A stretch of DNA of 64,000 bases from Elusimicrobiota bacterium (lineage in GTDB: Bacteria; Elusimicrobiota; Elusimicrobia; UBA1565; UBA9628), in contig JAHFCE010000006.1 of the NCBI GenBank assembly GCA_023249675.1, forward strand, positions 72,325 through 136,324, read 5' to 3'. Below the pieces are notes generated by a model. That model saw nothing but the letters and a program-made list of their open reading frames with translations. It did no database searches and was not told the origin of the DNA. This document shows, one piece after another, positions 9,393 to 17,734 of the stretch. How positions within the stretch are numbered: the first letter of the stretch is position 1; every line of letters starts with the position of its first letter. Position numbers and translations under genes: made by a program.

Positions 9393-10980
9393 GGAAGCCG
9401 TGAAGAACACGAAGGCCCTCCGGCCCGTCGCCGCGAGCGTCGTCAAGCTACGCCAGGCCATCGAGAAGGCGTCCGCCGGCGGCGGAGCCGCCCGCCTCGA
9501 GGCCCAGAAATCTCGCGGCAAGTTCACGGCCCGCGAACGCATCCATTATCTTCTTGACGAAGATACGTTTCAAGAACTCGACCTCCTTGTCTCCACACGC
9601 GCGACGGATTTTGGCCTGAAGGACAAGGACATCCCCGGCGATGGGGTGATCACGGGCTTCGGCCAAATCAATGGAAATGAAGTGTGCGTCTACGCCCAGG
9701 ACTTCACCGTGCTCGGCGGTTCGCTCGGCCTCGCGCACGCCAAAAAAATCGCGAAGGTCATGGACCTCGCCTATGAGAACCGAGTGCCCGTCATCGGGCT
9801 CCTGGATTCCGGCGGAGCCAGAATCCAGGAGGGCGTGGACAGCCTCGATGGCTACGCCGAGATCTTCCAAAGAAACGTCAAATGTTCCGGGGTCATCCCT
9901 CAGATCTCCGTGATCCTCGGCCCGTGCGCCGGCGGCGCGGTCTATTCGCCCGCGCTCACCGACTACATTTTTATGGTCGAGGGCATTTCGCAGATGTTCG
10001 TGACCGGCCCCGACGTCGTCAAGGCCGCGACCGGCGAGGAGGTGACCTTGGACGGCCTCGGCGGGTCGGACGCTCATACGTCGAAGTCGGGCGTCTGCCA
10101 TTTCGTCGCGAAGTCCGAGCCCGACTGCTTCCGCCAGGTGCGCGAGCTACTGAGCTACCTGCCGCAGAACCGCTGGGAGAAGCCGCCGCGCATCGCCAAT
10201 CCCGATCCCATCCGCCGTCAGGTCCCTCTCATGGAGAAGATGTGCGACCTAGACCCGCGCAAGTCCTACCGGGTCCACCACATCGTCTGGCAAATCGCCG
10301 ATGAGCACAAGTTCTTCGAAGTGCAGGCCGGCTACGCGAAGAATATGGTCACCGGCTTCTGCCGCATGGGCGGCGAGGTCGTCGGCGTGGTCGCCAACAA
10401 CCCGGCGCATGTCGCGGGCGCGCTCGACATCAACGCGTCCGACAAGGCCGCGCGCTTCATCCGCTTCCTGAACGGTTTCAACATTCCCGTGCTGACCTTG
10501 GTCGACGTGCCCGGCTACTGGCCCGGCCTCCAGCAGGAGCACGGCGGCATCATCCGCCACGGCGCGAAGATCCTATTCGCCTACGCCGAGGCGACGGTTC
10601 CAAAAATCACCGTCATATTGAGAAAGGCGTACGGCGGCGCCTACATCGCGATGAGCTCCAAGCACCTGAAGGGAGATTTCAACTTCGCCCTGCCGTGCGC
10701 GGAGATCGCCGTCATGGGCCCGGCGGGCGCCATCGAGATCCTCTACTCGCGCGAGCTCGCGGCCTGCAAGACCGACGCGGACAAGGCCGTCCTGCGCGCG
10801 AAGCTCGCCTCGGAGTACGCGGCCAAGTTCGCCTCGCCGTACCAGACCGCCGCGACCGGATCCATCGATGAGGTCATCGAACCCTCGCAGATGCGCTACA
10901 AGATCGTGCGCGCCCTGCGCTTCCTCAAGGACAAGCGGGTGCCCGGAACACACGAGAACCGCGGCAATATCCCGCTCTAA
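9385..10980 (+). CDS. Acyl-CoA carboxylase carboxyltransferase subunit (PccB/MmdA-like)
   Basis: TARERI, QDFTVLGGSLG, DSGGARIQEG, GPCAGGAVYSPA, DVPGY, RKAYGGAY, AVMGPAGA. Confidence 0.95.
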   Translation: MGKEAVKNTKALRPVAASVVKLRQAIEKASAGGGAARLEAQKSRGKFTARERIHYLLDEDTFQELDLLVSTRATDFGLKDKDIPGDGVITGFGQINGNEVCVYAQDFTVLGGSLGLAHAKKIAKVMDLAYENRVPVIGLLDSGGARIQEGVDSLDGYAEIFQRNVKCSGVIPQISVILGPCAGGAVYSPALTDYIFMVEGISQMFVTGPDVVKAATGEEVTLDGLGGSDAHTSKSGVCHFVAKSEPDCFRQVRELLSYLPQNRWEKPPRIANPDPIRRQVPLMEKMCDLDPRKSYRVHHIVWQIADEHKFFEVQAGYAKNMVTGFCRMGGEVVGVVANNPAHVAGALDINASDKAARFIRFLNGFNIPVLTLVDVPGYWPGLQQEHGGIIRHGAKILFAYAEATVPKITVILRKAYGGAYIAMSSKHLKGDFNFALPCAEIAVMGPAGAIEILYSRELAACKTDADKAVLRAKLASEYAAKFASPYQTAATGSIDEVIEPSQMRYKIVRALRFLKDKRVPGTHENRGNIPL

Positions 10981-11001
10981 GGCTTTGCTATACTCCTCCG
11001 G

Positions 11002-11688
11002 ATGATCAAGGCGCAGATTCTCGTCGTGGAAGACCAGGCCGCCACGGCCGATCTCATCCTCGAGGTGCTCGCAGGAGAGAACTACGAAGCCCAGGCCGTC
11101 GACACCTTGGCGAAGGCGCGCTCGCGCCTCAAAAAACAGCCTCCCGAGCTTCTACTCCTGGACCGCACCATGCCCGACGGCGACGGCGTCGATCTCCTGG
11201 CCGAAATTCGCGATGATGAAAAGCTCGCAGCGCTTCCCGTCATCATCCTGACCGCGAAAAAGGAGGTCGCCGACAAAGTCGCAGGCCTACGCGTGGGCGC
11301 TGACGACTACATCGCGAAGCCCTTCAACACGGAGGAACTCGTCGCGCGCGTCGCCGCGATCCTGCGGCGCACGGGTAAAAGCGAGGAGCCGACCATAGTC
11401 GAAGCCGGCGGCATCAAGCTCGACCTCGCATCGCGCAAGGTTCACCTCGATGGGAAGGAAGTCACGCTCTCCGCGAAAGAGTTCGACCTGCTCTGGTTCC
11501 TCGTCTACCGCAAGGGCCGCGTGCTGACGCGCGACTTCCTGCTGCAGCACGTCTGGGGCTACGAGTCCGGCCTCGACCTGACGACGAAGGTCATCGATGT
11601 GACCCTCTCCCACCTGCGCAACAAGATCGGCGCGACCGCCGACAAAATCGTCGCCGTCCGCGGCTTCGGCTACCGTTTCGACGCGTAA
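11002..11688 (+). CDS. OmpR/PhoB-family response regulator
   Basis: VVED, LLDRTMPDGDG, GADDYIAKPF receiver; winged helix KEFDLL...VRGFGYRF. Confidence 0.95.
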   Translation: MIKAQILVVEDQAATADLILEVLAGENYEAQAVDTLAKARSRLKKQPPELLLLDRTMPDGDGVDLLAEIRDDEKLAALPVIILTAKKEVADKVAGLRVGADDYIAKPFNTEELVARVAAILRRTGKSEEPTIVEAGGIKLDLASRKVHLDGKEVTLSAKEFDLLWFLVYRKGRVLTRDFLLQHVWGYESGLDLTTKVIDVTLSHLRNKIGATADKIVAVRGFGYRFDA

Positions 11689-11700
11689 GCGCCGACGACC

Positions 11701-13311
11701 ATGACCGACATCAAGACGGAAGTCGCCCGCCGCCGAACCTTCGCGATCATCTCGCATCCCGACGCCGGCAAAACGACGCTGACGGAAAAGCTCCTGCTGT
11801 ACGGTGGCGCGCTTCAACTCGCCGGCTCGGTGACCGCGCGCAAGAATCAGAGCTCATCGGCGTCCGACTGGATGGAGCTCGAACGCAAACGCGGCATCTC
11901 GGTGAGCTCGACCGTGCTCCAGTTCGACTATGAAGGCGCGCGCATCAACCTCCTCGACACGCCGGGCCACAAGGACTTCTCCGAAGACACCTACCGCGTG
12001 CTGACCGCCGTCGACGCGGCCGTCATGGTCATCGACGCAGGCAAGGGCATAGAACCGCAGACGCTTAAACTCTTCGAGGTCTGCCGCCAGCGTGCCGTCC
12101 CGATCTTGACCTTCATGAATAAACTCGACCGGGAAGCGAGGGATCTTCTCGAGCTCGTGGATGAGATTGAGAACACTCTCCAGATTCACGCGTTCCCGGT
12201 CAATTGGCCGATGGGCGTCGGCCAGCGCTTCAAAGGGGTCTACGACCGTACAACTCAAGAAGCGCACCTCTACGAACGCACGGCGCGCGGCGCGTACAAG
12301 GCTCCGGTGCAGGTCGCCGGCATCGATGATCCTGAGGTCAAGGACGCGCTGGATGCGGACTCCTACAGCCATTTCGTCGAACAGATCGCTTTGCTCGACG
12401 CCGCCGGCGCCTCGTTCGACCGCGCCGATGCCTTAAAAGGCGGCACCACCCCCGTGTTCTTCGGCTCGGCGGTGAACAACTTCGGCGTCCAACTGCTCCT
12501 CAACGCTTTGCTCGCCGAGGCGCCGCCGCCGACCGCGCGCGACTCCGCCGCGGGCCTGATCTCGCCTGAGCGCGACTCGTTCTCCGGCTTCGTCTTCAAG
12601 ATTCAGGGCAACATGGACCCCAAGCACCGCGACCGCGTCGCGTTCGTCCGGGTCTGCTCCGGCCGGTTCACCCGGGACCTGTCCGTGACGCACAGCCGCA
12701 CCGGAAAGTCCTATCGCTTGGCCAATGCCCACAAAATCTTCGGCCGCGACCGCGAGATTATCACCGACGCGTACGCCGGCGACGTCATCGGCCTGGTGGG
12801 CTACTCCGATTTCGGCATCGGGGACACGCTCAGCGAGGACCCGAAGGTTGTCTATGATGAAATACCGCGTTTTGCCCCGGAATGTTTCGCACGTATCAGC
12901 AATCCGAACCCCGCGAAATACAAGCCCTTCGCCAAAGGCCTCGACCAGCTCCTGCGCGAGGGCGTCGTGCGCGCCTTGATCCCGCGCGACGCCGGCGACG
13001 CCAAGACGACCTTGCTCGCCGCGGTCGGCCCGCTCCAGTTCGAAGTCGCGCAATTCCGGCTTCAGTCCGAGTACGGCGTCGAGTCGCGCCTGGAGTCGAT
13101 GGCGTGGACGCTCGCGCGCTGGATCGGGCCGAACACGAGGCCGGGCGCGGTCGACGCGGCCGCCCTGCCGATGCAGTCCGCGCGCGTCAAGGATGAGGAA
13201 GGCAACGAAATGATCCTGTTCCCGACACCCTGGTCGCTGCAGTATCTCTCGGAAAAGCATCCCGAGATCGAGCTGCTGCGCCTGCCGCCCGCCAAGACTC
13301 CGAAACGCTGA
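11701..13311 (+). CDS. prfC: Peptide chain release factor 3
   Basis: RRTFAIISHPDAGKTTLTEK, SDWMELERKRGISV, DTPGHKDFSEDTYR, FKIQGNMDPKHRDR. Confidence 0.98.
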   Translation: MTDIKTEVARRRTFAIISHPDAGKTTLTEKLLLYGGALQLAGSVTARKNQSSSASDWMELERKRGISVSSTVLQFDYEGARINLLDTPGHKDFSEDTYRVLTAVDAAVMVIDAGKGIEPQTLKLFEVCRQRAVPILTFMNKLDREARDLLELVDEIENTLQIHAFPVNWPMGVGQRFKGVYDRTTQEAHLYERTARGAYKAPVQVAGIDDPEVKDALDADSYSHFVEQIALLDAAGASFDRADALKGGTTPVFFGSAVNNFGVQLLLNALLAEAPPPTARDSAAGLISPERDSFSGFVFKIQGNMDPKHRDRVAFVRVCSGRFTRDLSVTHSRTGKSYRLANAHKIFGRDREIITDAYAGDVIGLVGYSDFGIGDTLSEDPKVVYDEIPRFAPECFARISNPNPAKYKPFAKGLDQLLREGVVRALIPRDAGDAKTTLLAAVGPLQFEVAQFRLQSEYGVESRLESMAWTLARWIGPNTRPGAVDAAALPMQSARVKDEEGNEMILFPTPWSLQYLSEKHPEIELLRLPPAKTPKR

Positions 13312-13344
13312 ACCCGCCCACGATCCTTGCGGAGAGTCGGGCGG

Positions 13345-13827
13345 CTATTTTTCGGGGATCACGACCTCGAACTTCAAGACATCTCCGGCCTTCAGCTTGC
13401 GGCGCTTCGCCTCGCCCGCGGCGAGTTCGAGCACGTATTGCCCCCGGCCGCCCGCCGTCGCGACCTGATCGTCCGGAGTCGCCACGGTCGAGGACTTCAG
13501 GCGCTCGTGGATCACCGTGATCCTCTTATCGGCCCCGATCCAAAGGATATCAAGGGACACAAGCGTGTTCTTCATCCAGAAGTTCAGGAACATATCCTGC
13601 GGGAACACGAAGAGCATCCCGTAGTCATGCTTCATTTTCGTCACGCACATGAGCCCGACCTCGCGCGACATCGGCGTGTCGACGAGATCGATTTTGATCG
13701 TCTTGCCGTTGGGCATGGTCAAGGTCGTCTTCTTGGCGGCGGAAACGGCCTGAGGCGTACACTTCGCGGCGGCGCCGCGGGCAAGCGCCGGAAACGCGAG
13801 GGCGGCAGCCAGCAGAAACATTTTCAT
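13345..13827 (-). CDS. DUF192-family exported protein
   Basis: Signal peptide MKMFLLAAALAFPALA; REVGLM, GMLFVF, FWMKNTLVSLDI, YVLELAAG; ATG overlaps the upstream stop (ATGA). Confidence 0.88.
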   Translation of the reverse strand: MKMFLLAAALAFPALARGAAAKCTPQAVSAAKKTTLTMPNGKTIKIDLVDTPMSREVGLMCVTKMKHDYGMLFVFPQDMFLNFWMKNTLVSLDILWIGADKRITVIHERLKSSTVATPDDQVATAGGRGQYVLELAAGEAKRRKLKAGDVLKFEVVIPEK

Positions 13828-15371
13828 TGTATCTTCTCCGGATCCGGCTGTGATTTGACGAAACGCGAAATCTCGCGAGCCTCGTCGGCCCAACTGCGCG
13901 TGCCCCAAGGTCCGTGACGGCCCCACAGCAGCCGGGCCATGTCGTGAAAGAAGACCCCGCGCGCCGGACCGTCACCGTAGACGCCCGAGATCGCAGCCTT
14001 CAGGCGCCGGCCGAACTCGCCCGGACCGGCCTCGTCCTTCTGATGCAAAACCCAATCGAAGATATCTCCGGGCAGAACCTGGGCGTCGCCGTGTTTGATG
14101 TACTCGTGCCAGCTCTTCATCATCTCCGAATACTGGGGCTTGTCCGCCTCGTAGAACATGAGCGCGTCGATGTCCACGCCCGCGTCATTCATCATGACCG
14201 GATCCTGGCCATGGTGCCAGCCCTTGTCCCAGGTGAGAGTGAACGCCCACAGCGGCTTGCCGCCCAGGCGCGCCTTGATCTCCTTGACGATCAGCGCGGC
14301 GCGGCGCGCGCGCCACCACTCCCAGGCCTCGACGAACTCCCTATCGCGGCGCATGATCTTCTTGCGCGCGAGCCAGGTCATGCGCTCGTCGCGCGAGAGT
14401 TTGGGCCACTCGGGCGGAACGACGACCCCCGGCATCTCGGCGACGAAGTCGTCCACGAGCTCATAGCCGCCGAGCGCGTTGCGGATATAGTCGAGGCCGA
14501 CCCAGTCCACGTTCGGGTCGTCGGCGAAAGGCTTCAAAAAGGCGGCGACGTCGGCCAGCCGCTTCTTGTCGCGCAGGGAAACCGCGCGGGTGGCGACGGG
14601 CCGACCGTCTTTGATCTCAAGGCCGTACTCGTAACCCGGCAAAGCCTGGTTTGACATCGTCAAAGAAAACATCGCGTATACGCCGAACTGGAGGCCGCGC
14701 CTGCGGCACTCCTCGGCCACCTTGGGGATCAGCTTGAGGTTGGCGTCCATCCAGATCTCGCCCTTGCCGAGACCCGGCGTCTGCCCGCCGAGCATGAAGA
14801 ACGCATCGGCGCCGATGGACTTCGCCCAGTCGAGCAGACCGCGCCAATCCGTCGTCTTTCCATCCGGCCCTTTGACCCGCATCGCGGAGAGCGGCATCAC
14901 GCTCTCGAGCGTGGCGACGACGAAGCCCTGAGGCATCGGCTTGGGTTTGCGCCGCGCGATCTGAAACGCGGCCGTCTCCAGACGCTCATCGAGATCGGGC
15001 CTCCCCAGCAGGACGGGGCGGTAAGCGCCCGGCGGCGCGTTCCACGGCACCGGCCAGCGCGCCGTCCAAAAACCGGGAGCGACGCGGCGCGCAGTCATTT
15101 CCCGAATCCCCGCGATCGTCGTCACGATCTCGGTGCCGCGCATGACGACGAAGCGCGGCGGCACGGCTCGGAAAGACTCGTCCAAAGTGGGATCATGGGA
15201 AACGAGGGACAGCTCGACGATGTCGTAATGCAGGTGCTCGGACTTTGACGCGGACAGCCGCAGGACGCGGCTCTTCGCTCGGATACCCCACAATCCGAAA
15301 ACCACCGCGTACAACGCCGCGACGGATGCGAATAGGTAAATCCCGCGGCGAATGTGATCGCTCAGGCGCAT
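13824..15371 (-). CDS. Hypothetical membrane-anchored protein, possible glycoside-hydrolase-like (GHL10/DUF187-like) TIM barrel
   Basis: N-terminal TM, Ig-like segment (WPVPWNAPPGAY), then WVGLDYIR, WEWWRARR, HGQD, DALMFYE resembling GHL10-type motifs; function uncertain. Confidence 0.55.
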   Translation of the reverse strand: MRLSDHIRRGIYLFASVAALYAVVFGLWGIRAKSRVLRLSASKSEHLHYDIVELSLVSHDPTLDESFRAVPPRFVVMRGTEIVTTIAGIREMTARRVAPGFWTARWPVPWNAPPGAYRPVLLGRPDLDERLETAAFQIARRKPKPMPQGFVVATLESVMPLSAMRVKGPDGKTTDWRGLLDWAKSIGADAFFMLGGQTPGLGKGEIWMDANLKLIPKVAEECRRRGLQFGVYAMFSLTMSNQALPGYEYGLEIKDGRPVATRAVSLRDKKRLADVAAFLKPFADDPNVDWVGLDYIRNALGGYELVDDFVAEMPGVVVPPEWPKLSRDERMTWLARKKIMRRDREFVEAWEWWRARRAALIVKEIKARLGGKPLWAFTLTWDKGWHHGQDPVMMNDAGVDIDALMFYEADKPQYSEMMKSWHEYIKHGDAQVLPGDIFDWVLHQKDEAGPGEFGRRLKAAISGVYGDGPARGVFFHDMARLLWGRHGPWGTRSWADEAREISRFVKSQPDPEKIQ

Positions 15372-15443
15372 GAGAGGGGGGATTCTACCGTTTTTTGATA
15401 TACTGCGACTCTCGAAAAGGCCACTCGACAAGGAGGACGCGAC

Positions 15444-15677
15444 ATGGTGACCGGACTGGTGCTGGTGCGGCTGATGGCGGGCAAGGAGAAGGTCGCTTTG
15501 TCTCGCATCAAAGAGATCAAGGGCGTTTCACACGTCACCGCCGTGTTCGGCCGCTGGGACCTCGTGCTCGACATCGAAACCGAGGACGTCGGCACGCTGT
15601 CCAACGTCGTGGTGCGCGACATTCGCGCCACCCCCGGCGTGCTCTCCACCGAAAGCCTCGTCACGACCTCCATCTGA
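15444..15677 (+). CDS. Stand-alone Lrp/AsnC ligand-binding (RAM) domain protein
   Basis: 77 aa; IKGVSHVTAVFGRWDLVL...IRATPGVLSTESLV; AAGGAGG RBS. Confidence 0.88.
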   Translation: MVTGLVLVRLMAGKEKVALSRIKEIKGVSHVTAVFGRWDLVLDIETEDVGTLSNVVVRDIRATPGVLSTESLVTTSI

Positions 15678-15688
15678 GTGATCATCCG

Positions 15689-16708
15689 GTGAGCGAGCCC
15701 GTCCTCTCCGTTCGCGGCCTGCGGACTCACTTCATCACGCGCGAGCGCACCGTTGTGGCGGTCGACGGGGTCAGCTACGACCTCCACCCCGGCAAGACGC
15801 TCGCCGTCGTCGGCGAGTCGGGCTCGGGGAAAAGCGTTCATGCGCTCTCGATCCTTCGACTGCTTCCTGAACCGCCGGCCAAAGTTGTGGGCGGAGAAAT
15901 ACTCTTCCAAGGCCGCGATCTGCTGAAGATGGGCGCTGAAGAGATGCGCAAGATCCGCGGCAACCGCATCGCGATGATCTTCCAGGAACCGATGACGAGC
16001 CTCAATCCCGTCTTGAAGGTCGGGGAGCAAATCGCCGAGGCCGTCGTCTTGCATCAGGGCCTCTCCCAGGAAAAAGCCTGGGCCAAGGCCGTAGGCCTCC
16101 TCAAGAAGGTCGGCATTCCGCATCCGGAAGAACGCGTGAATGACTACCCCCATCAATACTCCGGCGGCATGCGCCAGCGCGCGATGATCGCGATCGCGCT
16201 GTCCTGCGAGCCCGACGTCCTGATCGCCGATGAGCCAACAACGGCCCTCGACGTCACGATCCAGGCCCAGATCCTCGAGCTGATGAAGGACCTCCAGCGC
16301 GAGTACCGCATGGCGATCGTGCTCATCACGCACAACATCGGCGTCGTCGCCGAAATGGCCGACGATGTCGTCGTCATGTACGCCGGCCGCCCCGTGGAGA
16401 GCGCGCCCATCGGCGAACTGTTTAAAAACCCGAAGCATCCCTACACGAAGGGCCTGCTTGCCTCCGTGCCCTCCATCTATGAGCGCAAGGAACGCCTGGA
16501 GGCCATCTCCGGCCAGCCGCCCGACTTGAGCGGCGGCTTCACCGGCTGTCCGTTCGCGCCGAGATGCCCCCAGGCGATGAGTCGCTGCGGAACCGACGAT
16601 CCGCCCCAATTCCACCTTGCGGGCGAGCGCATGTCCAACTGCTGGCTGGTCGAAGACGAGACCAAGTCCAGTTCGCACCGCCACGCACCGTCCGGGGCGA
16701 TCCAGTGA
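15689..16708 (+). CDS. oppD: Peptide ABC transporter ATP-binding protein (OppD/DppD)
   Basis: [41 protein letters not shown]-terminal [11 protein letters not shown] start 15689. Confidence 0.95.
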   Translation: MSEPVLSVRGLRTHFITRERTVVAVDGVSYDLHPGKTLAVVGESGSGKSVHALSILRLLPEPPAKVVGGEILFQGRDLLKMGAEEMRKIRGNRIAMIFQEPMTSLNPVLKVGEQIAEAVVLHQGLSQEKAWAKAVGLLKKVGIPHPEERVNDYPHQYSGGMRQRAMIAIALSCEPDVLIADEPTTALDVTIQAQILELMKDLQREYRMAIVLITHNIGVVAEMADDVVVMYAGRPVESAPIGELFKNPKHPYTKGLLASVPSIYERKERLEAISGQPPDLSGGFTGCPFAPRCPQAMSRCGTDDPPQFHLAGERMSNCWLVEDETKSSSHRHAPSGAIQ

Positions 16709-17721
16709 GCGTCACGCCGATCCTCGCGGTCAAGGACCTCAAGAAGCATTTCGACGCCCGCAAGGGCCTCTTCGGCGAAAAAACCACGGTCAAGGCCGTG
16801 GACGGCGTTTCCTTCAACGTGATGCCGCAGGAAAGCTTCGCCGTCGTCGGCGAGTCCGGCTGCGGCAAGACCACGCTCGGCAAGCTTGTCTTGGCGCTCG
16901 AGAAATCAAGCGAGGGCACGGTACACTTTGACGGCCAGGACATCTCCAAAATGAACGGCGCAGCGCTCAAAAAAATGCGCCGCGAGATGCAGGTGATCTT
17001 CCAGGACCCTTACTCAAGCTTAAATCCGCGCATGACGGTGTCGGACATCATCACGGAACCGTGGGTGATCCATGACATGTACCGAAACCATGCCGAGCGC
17101 GCCCAAAAACTCGCCAAGCTTCTCGACGATTGCGGCATTGCCAAGAGCTATCTGCCTCGGCATCCCCATGAATTCTCGGGCGGCCAACGGCAGCGCGTCG
17201 GCATCGCGCGAGCGTTGGCGCTCGACCCTAAACTCGTCGTGGCCGATGAACCCGTGTCCGCGCTCGACGTCTCGATCCAAGCGCAGATACTGAATCTGCT
17301 AAAAGATTTACAGAAAGAAAGAAAGTTGGCGTATCTCTTTATCTCTCACGATTTTTCCGTGGTCCGTCATTTATGCACCCGGATCGCCGTTATGTATTTG
17401 GGCCGTATTGTGGAAACGGCTGATTCCGAGACCTTGTTCAATGATCCCCAGCATCCATACACCGAGGCTTTATTGTCGGCGGTTCCGGTCCCCGACCCCT
17501 CCATCGAAAAGCGCCGCAAGCGCATCCTCTTGACCGGAGACGTGCCTTCGCCGCTGAAACCGCCGCCCGGCTGCCGCTTCCATCCGCGCTGCCGCTATAT
17601 GCGCGACGCCTGCAGGACTCACGACCAGGCCCTCATCGAAGCCAAATCCGGCCACGAAGCGGCCTGTGAAGTGCTCCCTTTTAAAGACGCACGCAGCGCT
17701 GCCGCACTCGTCGCCCTCTAG
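16705..17721 (+). CDS. oppF: Peptide ABC transporter ATP-binding protein (OppF/DppF)
   Basis: KAVDGVSF, GESGCGKTT, IFQDPYSSLNPR, PHEFSGGQRQR, DEPVSALDVSIQAQ; GTGA overlap with oppD. Confidence 0.95.
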   Translation: MSVTPILAVKDLKKHFDARKGLFGEKTTVKAVDGVSFNVMPQESFAVVGESGCGKTTLGKLVLALEKSSEGTVHFDGQDISKMNGAALKKMRREMQVIFQDPYSSLNPRMTVSDIITEPWVIHDMYRNHAERAQKLAKLLDDCGIAKSYLPRHPHEFSGGQRQRVGIARALALDPKLVVADEPVSALDVSIQAQILNLLKDLQKERKLAYLFISHDFSVVRHLCTRIAVMYLGRIVETADSETLFNDPQHPYTEALLSAVPVPDPSIEKRRKRILLTGDVPSPLKPPPGCRFHPRCRYMRDACRTHDQALIEAKSGHEAACEVLPFKDARSAAALVAL

Positions 17722-17734
17722 GAGGGGGAATCCC

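Noticed and set aside
13314..13344. CCGCCC/GGGCGG stem between convergent prfC and DUF192
   Set aside because: Large irregular loop and weak U-tract; not confident as a terminator
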